From Enoplolaimus lenunculus (Eukaryota): a stretch of DNA of 64,000 bases. The stretch is taken from assembly GCA_030248215.1 (NCBI GenBank), contig JASANG010003525.1, positions 124,001 to 188,000 on the forward strand, read 5' to 3'. Each line of letters opens with the position of its first letter. The stretch's first letter is position 1. Under the pieces are notes generated by a model that was not told the DNA's origin, made no database searches, and saw only the letters and a list, made by a program, of their open reading frames with translations. The position numbers were made by a program, and so were the translations under genes. Below are positions 25,735 to 39,188 of this stretch, in pieces.

Positions 25735-25964
25735 CACTGTAAATTTCAATGAGATGATTAATCAATTCATCTAGCGAGTTACTTATCTCTGAATTAATAT
25801 CAGTGAACATTAACTCATTCTGAGATGAGTTGACTCTGAGTGAGTTGATTAATTAACTCAAAACGAACTGAATCAATTCAAAATTCTGAGTTCTGATAGT
25901 CCTAACTCAGATTGAGTGATTCAACTCATTCTGAGTTAAAATCAACTCACTGAAATTTACAGTG
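25735..25964. mobile_element. Family B2 CACTG-ended MITE
   Basis: TA|CACTGTAAATTTCA...TGAAATTTACAGTG|TA; second copy at 53627-53878. Confidence 0.75.
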
Positions 25965-26969
25965 TACATAGGCCCTGCATATGCGATCAACTCGTCGAGT
26001 TGCGCAAAATCTTGCGAAATCATTCCTATAGAAACTATCTTTAAAATTGAAACCGCTTTATGGAAATTGTTGCAAGGATTCATTTTCTAAAAATATTCCA
26101 TTTTTTAATCACTCGATGTCAAGTCGTCGTGACCTAATCATTATGCCAGTGTTGCCGTTTGATTTTGAACTAATGTTTTTAAATATGAATGTATTATATT
26201 GGTATCACGACAATTCGTCGCCAGAGAACTCGGCGCCCTACCACTTGTAATTTAAAATTCGATCGACTCGACAATTTGTCGTCCAACACTATGCTTTAAA
26301 GCTTACGTTTAGGCTAAGGAGGCTTAGACTATGCTTAAATATATTAATAGGCGTTAATAGAACACAGTTGGGCGACAAGTTGTCGGGCGACAAATTGTCG
26401 TATATTCCTATTATATATATATTGTGATGTAAAATGTCCGCAAACATGTGCGGTTTCGGCCTCCGCTGTTACTTGACTTCAACTAACTCTCCCAGTAGAT
26501 GATTCTCGCCAACTTTAGTTAGCAGGACACCTTCCTCCTTAATAATACTTTTTCATATATTAGAACGCAGAAAGCTAGTCAGTGAGCGTTAAAAAGGCAA
26601 AATTTCTGAGCTTTAATATTTAGTTTGGTTTTATACTTTGTCGTTTCTAGTAAGCCTTCATGTGTAAACTTCTAGAGCTATAAAATATAAAACTTCATTA
26701 AAGTGAAAATCACCCGTTATCTTTAAAATACTGGTTTCACTTCAGGCCCGGCTAAAAGGTGGGTGGTGGGTAAATTTTTTTCGCGTTGGTAAAACTGGTA
26801 GGTAAAAAGATTTTTATTTGCCTGCGGGGTAAAGCTCAGGTCGGGTAAAAAATTGCTTACGCACATCCCCTGTGCTCTGAGTTTTCATTTATTCGTTTTT
26901 AAGCCATTTCATATACTGTACCACTTGCGTTTTCAACAGAACTTTGATTTCTAAAGTTCAAAATGCACC

Positions 26970-27163
26970 GGCCAATGTAAAGAACAGGGGCGGAGCAGTA
27001 TTATAAGCATATTCCTAAGCCCAAGCCTAAGTCTAAGCGTTCGCGTAAGAATGAGTTTATTCCTAAACCTAAGCCTAAAGCCGCCCAAAAATTAGTCTTA
27101 TGCTTAGCTAATTTTATTCTAGTCTCACAGAAAAACGTTCCGCCCCTGATGTTTACATGGGCC
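26970..27163 (+). mobile_element. Family C MITE with TTAGGC arrays (Merlin-like)
   Basis: TIR GGCCAATGTAAAGAACAGGGGCGGA...CCGCCCCTGATGTTTACATGGGCC with internal (CCTAAG)n. Confidence 0.75.
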
Positions 27164-27755
27164 AATGCGGCCTAGGAAGTGTTTATTAAATTCAAACGCT
27201 AAACGATCATTTAAAACCATTTTTTATTCATACGAGGTAACTCACAGATGGGAATGATACATATAACAAGTTCACAGTAAGACAAAATTATCGCTTAATA
27301 TCAGGAAACATTAGTTACAAGAGAATTTAATTCTGTACTATAATATTTTTACAGAATATCAGCAATTCTAAACCCAATTTAATTCCTAAAGACATGTTTC
27401 TCATTTACGATAATTATAGCCAATGCATAGAACAGGGCCATAACAGTAGCATATATAAGAATACTTTTAAGCCTAAGCGTAAGAATGAGTTTGCACCAAA
27501 CCTTAAGTCTAAGCCTAAAGACTATGCAAAAAATTAGTCTAAAGCTTAAGCTTGCACAAAATTATTAATCAAGAGCGGCGTAAACAGACAGGTTTCTTAA
27601 TTATGGATTTTAGTAAAAAATGCAGTTTTCGCTCAACTTTGCAGTAGCAAAAAATTGCGATACGTTGAAGTAAACTGTGACAGAAAATAATTATTCAATT
27701 ATTATTTATTAAAGCAGTTTTTTTGGATCTCGGATTTAGCCAAGTGTTTCCGGTT

Positions 27756-27907
27756 TCAATTCCCATCGTATAAATTCATATCGTTCGGGTTGATTGCGGC
27801 TGTATTTAACGGAAAAACGTTGGCCAAATTAGACGATGGATAATACCGGTAAAGCTCGCTTGATCGTCTCATCATGGGCAATTTCACACCGGAACTTTCG
27901 TCCGGAC
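27756..27907 (-). CDS. Putative peptide terminal exon B (GPDESSGVKLPMMRRSSELYRYY...LYDGN*)
   Basis: Strong acceptor tttttgttttcattttcag| (phase 1); open to TGA; AATAAA at 27710-27705. Confidence 0.6.
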
Positions 27908-28179
27908 CTGAAAATGAAAACAAAAATGTAAACAGTAAAACAAATGCTGGAAAGTGCTAAGACAACATTGCGTATACAGGTTGAAAGCTCTGGAATATTG
28001 TGTCAAAAATAAAACGCTATTTTAAATACTTTTCACGTTTTAAGCAGCACCGTTCAAAACGCTTTTACTAAGCAGAGAAACTGTAAAATGAACCGCTTGC
28101 GTATCAAAACGCTTTAGTGTGAAGTGAACACTATTTTCAAACTACGAAAAACGTTTTGTATTTCTGACATGTCGATATA

Positions 28180-28381
28180 CACTGTAAAAACTTGAGAGTC
28201 AAATTGACTGTTTCCGAAATAGGTTTTTCCGGACTACACAAAATGAGTCAAATTCGATTCCGCCAGAGTCAAATTCGACTCACTGAGTAACTCGGGTTAG
28301 TGTCAAGTTGGACTCAGTTTGTATAGTCCGGAAAAGCAAATTTTGGAGAGAGTCAATTTGACACACCATTTTTTCGCAGTG
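28180..28381. mobile_element. Family B palindromic MITE (CACTG termini, TA flanks; CMC/EnSpm-like)
   Basis: TA|CACTGTAAAAA...TTTTCGCAGTG|TA, near-complete hairpin with GAGTC/GACTC subrepeats. Confidence 0.75.
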
Positions 28382-28794
28382 TACGTTCAAAGAGGCTGTC
28401 ATCATAACCATCAGTTGACTTTATCCAATCCTCCCGGACATACTGTCGCATATTTGTTGTTGAATTTGAAAACAAAAAGTGAAAAAGTTTACAACCAATT
28501 TTATTTGTAGAAAAAAATTATCTGTTTCAAATTGACATTTTTTTACAATTTTTTGCCAAAAAATATTTCGCTTAGTCGTTGAGTGTCGTATGTTTGAAGT
28601 ATTAGAAATTTTTGCGAAACATATAAGTTTTGACTTGTGTTAAAATGACCTACATCGATGCCTTTTAGGGTATATATCACTGAAACACAGATTGTACTAT
28701 TTAGATCTGCTCGATTTCTATGGCTGCTGCAAGTGCAAAATAATAGTTTTGACATTTAGTCGCTGTAATACTTGTCTAAAATAGATTTATAAAC

Positions 28795-28970
28795 TTAATA
28801 GCGGCAGGAACCTTTTAAAAGTTTTAGGTAACGCTGTAAAAATTGGTCTCGACTTGAAGGAACGGCGGCGTTCCATGAGCTTTTACGATTTAACTTATGC
28901 GTTGATGAGCTGGTTGTATCTCTGTGAATCATCATAGGCAGTTTAACTTCAGCTAAACAGCAGTCTCTAC
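28795..28970 (-). CDS. Putative peptide exon A (GRDCCLAEVKLPMMIHRD...KLLKGSCRY*)
   Basis: atttcag| phase-1 acceptor; open frame to TAA; shares VKLPMM with exon B. Confidence 0.55.
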
Positions 28971-29093
28971 CTGAAATCAATGCTTTATATCCATGACAAC
29001 AACAACAATAACAAACACAATGATTGCGTTTTATCTTGACACGTACGATTAGCACAACAACGCTGGATTTTGGTTAACTACCAAAGTCACTTT

Positions 29094-29284
29094 GGCCAAA
29101 TGTAAAGATCAGGGGCGGAACGTTTTTCTACGGGACTTCGATAAAGTAGGTAAAGCTTAAGTTTTAGACTATTTTTTTGTTTAGCCTAGGCTATTAGGTT
29201 GTGGCTTAAACTCATTCGTATGCTTACGTTAAGGCTTACGATTGTGCTAGTACTTCTGCTACGGCCCTGTTCTATATATTGGCC
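29094..29284 (-). mobile_element. Family C MITE
   Basis: GGCC termini and TTAGGC core. Confidence 0.7.
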
Positions 29285-30715
29285 TTCTCTTCGAACCCGT
29301 CATGCACAGATGTATCGGCTCTGTTCTCACAATGCAAATGTTAGCATTGACCCTTTTGAAACACTCCGAACATGTAAAAGAAACAGATAAACTAAAGAGA
29401 AAACAGATAAAATAAAAAGAAATAATGTTTCGAAATTAAATACCAAGTTAAGTAGTATGCAGGGTTCGAGAAGCCACCCCTTATACCGCCTTTGATGGGC
29501 CCACCTATAAAAATGCCGCCACCCTAACCAGTTGAAACAAAAACCGCCAAAGTTTTAAAATGCGCTTGGTTTCTCGCTCGCGACTTCGGGGTCATATCTT
29601 GGAGTTTGGGGGGAGCCCAAACCCAATTCGTCTCCGGCAGTGGTAGTATGCAACATCGAAAAGCGACTCAATTAACTGTGTAATAGTGAAACAATTGTAT
29701 ACTTTTATAATTGCTAATATTTTCAAATTTGGGCTGATACGAATCATTTTAAAATGTACGTTATTGTTATTTCTATTCTGTACATAATTTAATAACCACA
29801 CAAACTAACCAGTGATACCAGAATCTTTTGGCGACAGGGGGTGTACGTGCCCAAAGCACGCTCAGGTAATAACTCAATACAACCCGAAAGAATTATCGAA
29901 CTAAACATTATACGTGTTATAGTTCAATATGAGCGAGAATATGTAATGTAGTAATGCGCACCTAAATCTACCGCATCTCGCCCTTTCTTTAAGCTACCGG
30001 TACCACTGTTCAACCACACAACAATAACATAACATAAAATTACGTAAATACGACGGGCCCGTAGCCAAATGCGATCTTGGGAGCTCAATCTCTCGTAGAA
30101 GATTTTGACTCCCCTAAAAATATTAAACTTTTCTTGTAAGTCATCGAAATCCGTTGTATTCCCCTCCTGAAAACAGTTTAGCCTTCCGTACAAGGTGAGA
30201 TGGCTACGGGGCCCTGAAATGCAAGTATCTTAATGACCAACTAAGAGTTACGTTATATGTGCCAAATGTAACTGGTCTAAATGTTTTTTTCTACTTTCAT
30301 TGAAATATTTTCATCAGGCGTGGACATTTTAAGCCTCTCGTGCTATAAATGTTGGGACACAAATTGGTCATCAAAAACTCAAAAAGTGTACTCGTTAAGC
30401 TAAAGTCAAAATATCAAACGGATTCGGTATGACACATCAAAAAGTTAACTATTCATACGGTTTGTTAGGAAAACTTATCAAAGAATATTTTCCATCACAA
30501 TTTCTGTTTGGTCACTTCATTAACCAGTAAAAAATATAGCCCAAATAATGTGATTTGGCAAAAAAATTAGCTAAGGGCTCAAACCTGTAATTCCCCAAAT
30601 ATTGCAATAATTAATAATGCGTTATTCACAATAGCTTGCGTAAATTAATTTTTACAGCAAATATTTCTATGCAATCACGTTATAATCCCTCATGTGCTAT
30701 AATATTCGTACGTAA

Positions 30716-31099
30716 CAGGGTGCAACCGGAGGTGAAAAATACCAGGCACGGAGGTCAACAAAACTTGCCAAACCCGAAGCCGGAGCAAGAGCCGGAGCCG
30801 GAGGTGAGGCGAAATTAGGTACTAAAAATGATGGTTAATTAGGTAATTTTAGCCAATATCTGCAATATTTTGTTAAGTTGTTTGGTTTTACGCTAATTGT
30901 CTACGAAGTTTCGGAAATTCTTTCGTGAAAAATTTATTAATTTTCGCAAATATCTATAATTAAATCGTTTGGCTTTAGCAACGCGCTAAACAGAAACTTT
31001 TTGCAAAATTAACCAAAATTTTACTACCGAAATGGCCGGAAACTCCTGCAAAAATTCTACCGAAACCGGAGCCAGAGGCAGATTTCCGGTTGCACCCTG
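30716..31099 (+). mobile_element. hAT-type MITE (family D, CCGGAG subrepeats)
   Basis: TIR CAGGGTGCAACCGGA/TCCGGTTGCACCCTG, TSD GTACGTAA/ATACATAA. Relatives at ~790-980, 23340-23720, 24710-25032 and 45005-45331. Confidence 0.8.
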
Positions 31100-31262
31100 A
31101 TACATAATTCATGTAATATATCAAATAAATGTAAATTCAAAGACAAGGACGGAATATGTAGCATGGAATAAGATGTGTCTTCATGAGCCATAATAGGCCA
31201 ACAGGCAAAAATGTTCCGTCTGCATCCGTCATTTATTTACAGCTTTGCTTAACCCCAATGCG

Positions 31263-31941
31263 AAAATAATTTTTGAAATAAATAGAAATTCTTTAACTGA
31301 GAGCAGAAACTGCACGAATGTCAACATTTAGAATAATTTTTGAAATAAATAGAAATTCTTTAACTGAGAGCAGAAACTGCACGAATTTGAACATTTAAAA
31401 AATGTTTCGAAATAAATAGAAATTCTTTAGCTGAGAGCAGAAACTGCAACGAATGTCAACATTTAAAATAATTTTTGAAATAAATAGAAATTCTTTAACT
31501 GAGAGCAGAAACTGCACGAATTTGAACATTTAAAAAATGTTTCGAAATAAATAGAAATTCTTTAGCTGAGAGCAGAAACTGCAACGAATTTGAACATTTA
31601 AAAAATGTTTTGAAATAAATACAAATTCTTTAGCTGAGAGCAGAAACTGCACGAATTTGAACATTTATAATAATTTTTGAAATAAATAGAAATTCTTTAA
31701 CTGAGAGCAGAAACTGCACGAATTTGAACATTTAAAAAATGTTTTGAAATAAATAGAAATTCTTTAGCTGAGAGCAGAAACTGCACGAATTTGAACATTT
31801 ATAATAATTTTTGAAATAAATAGAAATTCTTTAACTGAGCGCAGAAACTGCACGAATTTGAACATTTAAAATAATTTTTGAAATAAATAGAAATTCTTTA
31901 ACTGAGAGCAGAAACTGCACAAATCTGAACATTTAAAATAA
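31263..31941. repeat. Minisatellite, ~67-bp unit x ~10
   Basis: Repeated ttttgaaataaatagaaattctttaactgagagcagaaactgcacgaat...aacattt. Confidence 0.95.
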
Positions 31942-32289
31942 TTAATAACCAGCAAACGATTTTGCAGTTGTTTAGGCAAAAATGCACCTATTCAAATATG
32001 CGCTGTCATCATCTAATATTTTAGGATGACCGAGCCAGCCGAGGCGCCAGCAACAAATTATTTTTGAGGTGGCACCGTACAATTTTGGTGGGCCTCCTAC
32101 AATTGCAATTCAAGATTGTTTACTTTTAGACCGAGTCTATTGGGTCTGGGCACCAGTCAAATTTGGGAGGGGGAACGGCCCCCCAATGCCCCCCACCGTT
32201 GGGATCTTCTTGAGAACCAGTGGGTTTGCAATACCTCCCACATTTCTTTCGGTCCGTCCTTGCGTTGCGGAAGATTAGGTTAAACTTAC

Positions 32290-32344
32290 CACAACAAACC
32301 AGTATCGCTACAATAAAGCCCAGCGTTGCAATCCGCATGTTCAT
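32290..32344 (-). CDS. Putative signal-peptide exon of a small secreted peptide gene (MNMRIATLGFIVAILVCC)
   Basis: Basic N-terminus plus hydrophobic core, ending at the consensus donor TGT G|gtaagt (phase 1). Confidence 0.6.
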
Positions 32345-34130
32345 TGTTAAAACTTTATGTATGTTTTTTATAAACACTTTAATATCACAGCAAATATTCG
32401 AATTATTATTTCTAAGATATTATACGGCGTTTAAAATATGAACAACTAAACACAAAACGTTGCTGTTTTGCATGCAATCACTCGTCGGATATCGTTAGTT
32501 GCGAGCCAGGGTGTAACCGGATATCCGTTTCAGTTTCCGGTTAAAGTTGGTTTCCGTTTCCGTTATGTGAAATATCGGAAGCTCTGTTAGTTTTACGTTC
32601 GTATCCGGTGTTTAAAAGGAACAACTGTACCATCAAACGTTGCTGTTTGCATGCGACCAGACGTCGGATATCGTTGATTGCAAGAGTGGTGTAACCGGAT
32701 ATCCGTTTCAGTTTCCGGTAAAAGTTGGTGTCCGTCTCCGTTAATTGAAATGTCGAAAACTCTGTTAGTTTTGCACTCGATGTTAGTTAAAAACAATGTA
32801 TATATCTCGCAATTTTTCGCTACAGATATGCTGCAATAGGTTGAAATCAAATCAAAATTACGAAATTCGTCTAAAACTTTAAAATATGCAGCGCATCCGG
32901 CGCGTTTTCTTTAAAATTTTATAAAGCCCAGTGAATATTTGCACGCCTTAATTTTTATTGGCCGAAAAATAAAACATCTTTGAAACCTATACACTTCAAT
33001 ATCTATTTTCCGTTTCCGTTATTTTGATCACTATCTCTTTCCATTGTTTTTAATAAGCAGAATAATTAGAAACTTATAAAAATTACTGAAAAATTTATTT
33101 TTTTACTTTATTTTAAAAATGTGAAAAATTAAGTAACATAGCGATATTTTACTTTAACATTTTCAACATTTGAAAACTTTATTGGTTATCAACTACTGAC
33201 AGTTATGTTGTCGAACTGCTCTCGCAATACGCGCATAAGAACGATACTTAGGCTTCGGCTTAGGCTTTGGAATGTGCTTATGCTACATTAACGACCCTAT
33301 TCTATACATTGGCCAAGACGTCTTAGGCTACGCTCAGTTTAGGAGGCAACATAGATTTCTTCGAAGAGCAAACGTCTTAAAAAATTATAAGCCGGGCCCA
33401 AACCTTTTTTGACACTACAGGGCACTGTCTAACCCCTTCTTCAAACCCAGCGAAATTCAACCAATCACTGGAGCTTTCATGTGAAAGTAGCAACACGTCA
33501 TATATGACATCATTGCCTCCCAAGGTTTAGCTTTTCAACTAAGACAACATTGTGACTCAATTATAAACTGTTATTTGTATCGTTTCCACAACAAGACAAT
33601 ATCTAAAATAAATTGAATTAAACAATTAAAGAACTAGTAGTTGTTGCAAAATAGTAAGGATTTCGCATGTGTTTTTGCAAGGTTTGGCCTAAAACCTTTC
33701 TATTTTTAGGGACCAAAATTTGTTTTTAGAAACAGCTGATCCCTATGGTCTATGGGACCAATTACGACTTGGCTTTTTTTCAAATACTATAACATTCGCT
33801 ACGGAAAGCTAACGAAACGTTAACCTTCAAGGAGGAACGAACTCATTCTGTACAGTAAATATTGGGATTGATGCCAGCTAAAGTAATATTAGCAACCTTT
33901 TTACGGTTTCGCCAGTTTACAAGCTGACAAACCTACTCTGAATTTGACCGCTGAAAAGTAGTCACAATGTTATTTTCGTAAGAGTATAAACCGCAATGAT
34001 TTTTGCGAGCAGGAGCGGTAAGCAATAGAAAAAGCTTTGACGTGAAGAAAGAAGTAGCTTAATAGACTTAAAGTCTGAAAACGGGCACGCATTTTCAAGG
34101 AGGGTAAAAATTAAGTATACCCCTCAAATA

Positions 34131-34372
34131 CACACTCAAAATAATATTTCTGATATTTAAGAAAAAATTTGTTACATTTGTGCTATAGCAAAATGCACTT
34201 AAAAAGTATGTCTGTTATAACAGAAAAGTTTTCAAAAAAGTTTTGAAATAAAGTCTGAAAATTTACGGTTTCCAGTTATTTTAAGAAAAATTGCCTTAAA
34301 TATCAGAAAAACTTTTCAGATTTGCCACAGAAAATACTTTTCTGAATAAATTCAGAAATACTTTTTTGTGTG
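34131..34372. mobile_element. Family B3 MITE (CAC-ended)
   Basis: cacactcaaaataatatttctg...tttttgtgtg; near-identical copy at ~59954-60200, partial copy at ~44410-44600. Confidence 0.65.
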
Positions 34373-37300
34373 TATCACCGTTTTTAGTAGTTTTTTTAAC
34401 AAAACTACGTGACAAATGTTTCACGTATAGACACGAATTTGTACGTCTCTTCCTTCAACTGTCACAATAAACAAACTCTGACATGAAATATACATGCGCC
34501 GACGATGAAAATATCCTGCACAAATTAGGTTAAACACAAATTCACCATAATCGAAATACCACGGTGGTTAAAAATCCATGTGGTCTTTCCTTTCATTGCC
34601 TATCAATTTATAGTTTTCGATTAAAAGTATCCGGGTGGATTTGAAATAGCGTACGGAACAGACAAAAATACTTATAATGCGTAATTAGGTCACTCCTAAA
34701 TTATATTTATTTTCAAAAATATTGCAAAACAAACCGAGCTCATATATATACCTATAGATATATTTATATATATGTATATATATGAAATAGCTGAAAATTT
34801 CCTTGAGTTATTTTTTGGCAAGTTTTCCAAAAAGTATAACAGTAATTCGGCGATGGAAATTAATATTTCGTATTCCGGTTCCTGTTCCTGTTCCGGTTCC
34901 TGCATAAAAATTCAATTCCTGTTCCTGTTCCTGTTCCGGCTAAATTTAGTTCCTGTTCGATCCAGCCTAACAGGTAGGTATCTTAACTTAATTTTTGCGA
35001 TTGCAAGATATAGTCTTCCTCGTTGTCTACTCCATAAACTGCATTAATTAAAATATTTAACTGTGCAAACACTTTATACTGAGCCATGTTGCTGACTTTA
35101 AAAGTTATTTACGAACAGCTTGCAAATGTTTCAAAACCTATTTCTGGAGTGATTTAGAACGATTTCTTGTTATGTAATGAATTACTTTTGACAAATAGTT
35201 TCTTGCAAAAGCTTAACGCTTAAGCAATAATTGTTGCGTTACAACGCATTTACTGTCGCTTTTTTAACTCATTTAGCCACCATTAGAAACAGTAAAACAA
35301 GCGAACAGGGCAAAAATACCGATTCTGTGGTTATAATTTTATTGTAAACGGTTTACGATAGAATTCCGGTCAAACTAAAATATTGCACGCTTCAGAATGG
35401 CTATTTAAAGTAGATTTTAAAAATTATTTTCAGAAAATGTAGCATTTAGTATTTCCCGTATACTTTCCTATTGAATTTCACTTATTGTACCATTTTATTC
35501 AGAGGTACGCAACCAGGTGCGAACTATACTTTATATATTTCTTTAAGTTTAGAAAGGAATAAACAGTTTAAATTATATTATCTTGCGTCTTGCGAACAAA
35601 TGATACCAGACCGCTAGCAAATCCACTTTGCTAGGGTTGACTTTAAATTTTTTCAAGAGCGGCATACAGGTGTTTTTGATGACTTACAAACAAAGTTCGA
35701 AACTTTGTAAGAGTGGCATTTTCCTAGGGGGGTGAGCCCACTGCCCCCTCCTGGCTAGTGAACAGACTGAAACTATCTCTTTCGGGAATATTACGTCGTC
35801 AAATCCTTCGGTGGGCATTATCTATTTAAAGTAATTTTCTTCACACATAATTCGTTTAGAACAAATTACAAGCAAGTCTTTTATTGGTTAAAAAAATAAA
35901 CCATTATCTGACGTAAATCAATTTATGCAAAATGTTTTCTTAAATAAGTGACGGGTAAGCTATCGAGATGTTAAACTTCCGCATATACTTTGGGCCATTG
36001 TTTACGTCAAGCAAAGTAAATATCCGCAAAGTTCTTCGCGTACTGACGAGGGTTGTTTGTTCCGGAAAAAAAGATGACCGGAAAAAATGAATTTTTCCAA
36101 TTTTTTTCCGGAAAAAATAAAAAAATGAATAAATTTCTTCTTTGACTAAGTGAAGTTTTCGCCCTAGTATTCTCTCGTACGCTCACTGGTAATAATGTAA
36201 CTCAATAGATAACAAAATCCGATGTATGCTAACAAGATCATTGTCACTAAAAGTAAGGATTTGAACATAGGCACCACATTACCATCGCAGGCGTGGCGCA
36301 GCCAGAATTCTTGTCCTTTTGGTTATCCAACATCCAGCAGAAGTTTGCTCAAAAACGGTTGGATTTTGAAAATTTTTCCACATTTGAGCTTCTGATGAAC
36401 TTCCCTGATCATTCCACTCCAGAATTTCGAATTTTTGGAAAATTCAATTTTTTAAGGTCCCAAGGTCCGGCCATGGGAACCAAAAATTTTTTATCGAAAA
36501 ATTAGACAAATTATGTATCATTGGGCGAAACTAGCATAGAGCTGAGTCCAGCGGAGTTATTTTTTTGCAATCAAAGTCTGGTTAACGAGTTGTAAAATAT
36601 TTGATTTGGCGTGCTGCCAGCGATCATGGGTGGGCGTCAAATATCTGACACTAGCTTGTAAGCGAGAATTCTGATTGTTTAAAATTTAACACGGTTCGTT
36701 CCAATTCAACATTCTGAGTCGAGTGTTATATAATTTGTCTAACTTGGACAAAAAATTTTCGTCAAATGGAGACCTTAGAAATCGACTTTTTCATAAATTC
36801 AAATATGGGCGTAGAATAATCAGGAGAGGTCATCGAAAGCTGATGCGTGGCGCGAGCAGACCTACTCAGTTGTGTTTTATGTAGGTATATCTTAAATCCC
36901 AAGACAATTTTCGAGTTCCTTCTAACATCGAGCCTCTAAATTGCTCAAACTTCGCGAGTAGAGCGAACTTGATCCCAGACACATTTTTCGTGTTACATCA
37001 TACCTAAAAAGCAAACTTTCAATTTTAGAAGCCCTGACGGCTCCCAACAAAATGTTTCATAACTCTATAACTTCGTGGTCCGTGAAAAAAATTTAGTTTG
37101 CCACGGTGGCGGCTCACCTAGGTTCGGGCATCCTCAATCGGGACTCTGGGGCGCCTGGACCGGTACAGTTCGGTATTACTTAACTGTCCTGTATTGCTCA
37201 CCGTTGAATCCTTCAGTTGGTCAAAAAAGATATAAAAAAAATTTAAAAAAACCCTTTTTATAGAAACCAACAAACGATACTGATATACTCAAAAGCTATT

Positions 37301-38734
37301 TTAATTGTAAACCTGTGGCCCAAACCCAAACGGACATTATTCGAAGTTTATTTTTTGGCTTAGTAAAAAGCGCTTCAGCTAATACCAATGATGTGTCATG
37401 GGTATAGTCGTATTTGTCTTATATATAGGCAGCTGTCACACTTGTCTAAATCAATATAAATTTGGGCCGAAATGTTTGAAGAAAATTTACTGTTTCAAAG
37501 CGCCCCCGGGCGATTTCAAATTGACTGCCGTTCCTAAAATATGGTTTCAGACGCCAAACCATACCCACTGCGTCAACTACAACTTAACTATAGTCAACTG
37601 TTTGTATCTGCGGCATTCCATATTTTGTGACAGTTAAAAACGCTAAACCTAATAACCTATAATTTTCATCTTTAGTAAATTTTTTTGACAAAATCACCTT
37701 GCTATACATCATTAATGAAACGTACTAAGTCTGATGTTTTCTATTGTAAACTGCTTGTAACCTATTACGAAACGTTTTTATATTTAATTTTGGTTAAAAT
37801 TTTAACTGTGTCCTTCATTAATTAATTAATACAAAATTACACTGGAATATATTGAAATTTTAAGCTTATTCAATTCCGTTAGCAATATTTTGATCACTAT
37901 TACGGCCCATGCTACTCATAGGTCTCTTTCAATTTCCCTGATAATAACTCGGTGTCTCACAATCGCAATATCCCGGGTAATATCGCATTTTCTCTATAGT
38001 AAAACACGCATTTTCTATGAAAACCAGAATAGACGTGGGTTCAAGCTTAGGCTCTGACACTGTCTTAGGCTTAGTTTTAGTCTTGGGCTTGCCCAATGTC
38101 TAGGTTTAATGTTAAAATCAGGTTTTGGCTTAGGTTTTATGTTTAGGCTTTAAACCTACGTTTAGCCTAAAGTTAGGTGTAAGCTTAGGTTTGGGCGTAG
38201 GCTTACAGGGTCCGAGACAGAGGGGGTCAAAGGGCAAACCCCTTTTACAAAAAATAGGCCCTTTTAGCCAGTTTTAAGCAAGTCTTTTCGTAATTTCCAC
38301 AATACCCGGGTAAAATCCCCAATTTCTCAAAATACCAATTTCCTAAAATCCGCCGGAAAAATATTGCATCTTAAATGTCTATTTCTTTAAATTTCGAGCG
38401 AAAAAAGTTGCGCCGAAAGTTCCAGTTTCCGCGATAAAATTCCAACTTCCAAAAAACTCAATTTCCGTTTGTAAAAAGCTAATTTTCCAAAATCCAATTT
38501 TTTTGAGCACAATTTCCCTAGTAAAATCCTAATTCCCCACAATTCGAATTTCCCAGGATTATCCGCAAACTTTTTCATGACCGTATACATAAGTAACACT
38601 GATCACTTTTAAGTTTGCTCCCTGGTCCAAAGTACATGTATCCAAGCCTTTTTGTATTTCAATGGCTTTGCAAAAGGTATCATAAAGAAAAATGAATATT
38701 TGGAAATCAGTTTCGTTTTATAAATTTCAACGTA

Positions 38735-39188
38735 CACGGCAAAAAATGTTGAGTCAAATTGACTCTCTTTGAAATAGAATGTACGGGACTACGCAAACTG
38801 AGTCAAATTCGACTCTTCCAGAGTCCAAACGTGCGACTCAATGAATCGAATTTTTGTTTCCGGCGGAGTCAAATTCGACTCAGTTTGTGTAGTCCCGTAG
38901 TGAACTGAAGTGACCCAAATAAGAGGAGGTCCTCGTTTTGATTCCCAAACAGTAGTAGTCTGTATTCCTAATATTGTAGCGCATAAATTACTCCTGGACC
39001 AAATAAAATTCAGCTCAGTTGCAATACCGGATATATATCAGTAACGAAGGGTAATCGAATAACAGGGATGGGTACCCTCTGGAGAGGCCAAATAAATATC
39101 ACTCCCCCCATTCTTGTTCAGGTCACTACAGTAGTCCCGTTGAGCCTCTTTCGTAGAGAGTCAATTCGTCTCACCATTTGTTACAGGG
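38735..39188. mobile_element. Family B MITE with a reversed family A copy inserted (~38905-39131)
   Basis: Family B termini flank an internally deleted family A element. Confidence 0.7.

Noticed and set aside
31263..31941. Regular array resembling CRISPR
   Set aside because: Head-to-tail ~67-bp units without unique spacers, no cas genes, eukaryotic context: a minisatellite.
38040..38205. TTAGGC-rich tract as a telomere
   Set aside because: Degenerate, interstitial and related to the family C MITE core; not a chromosome end.
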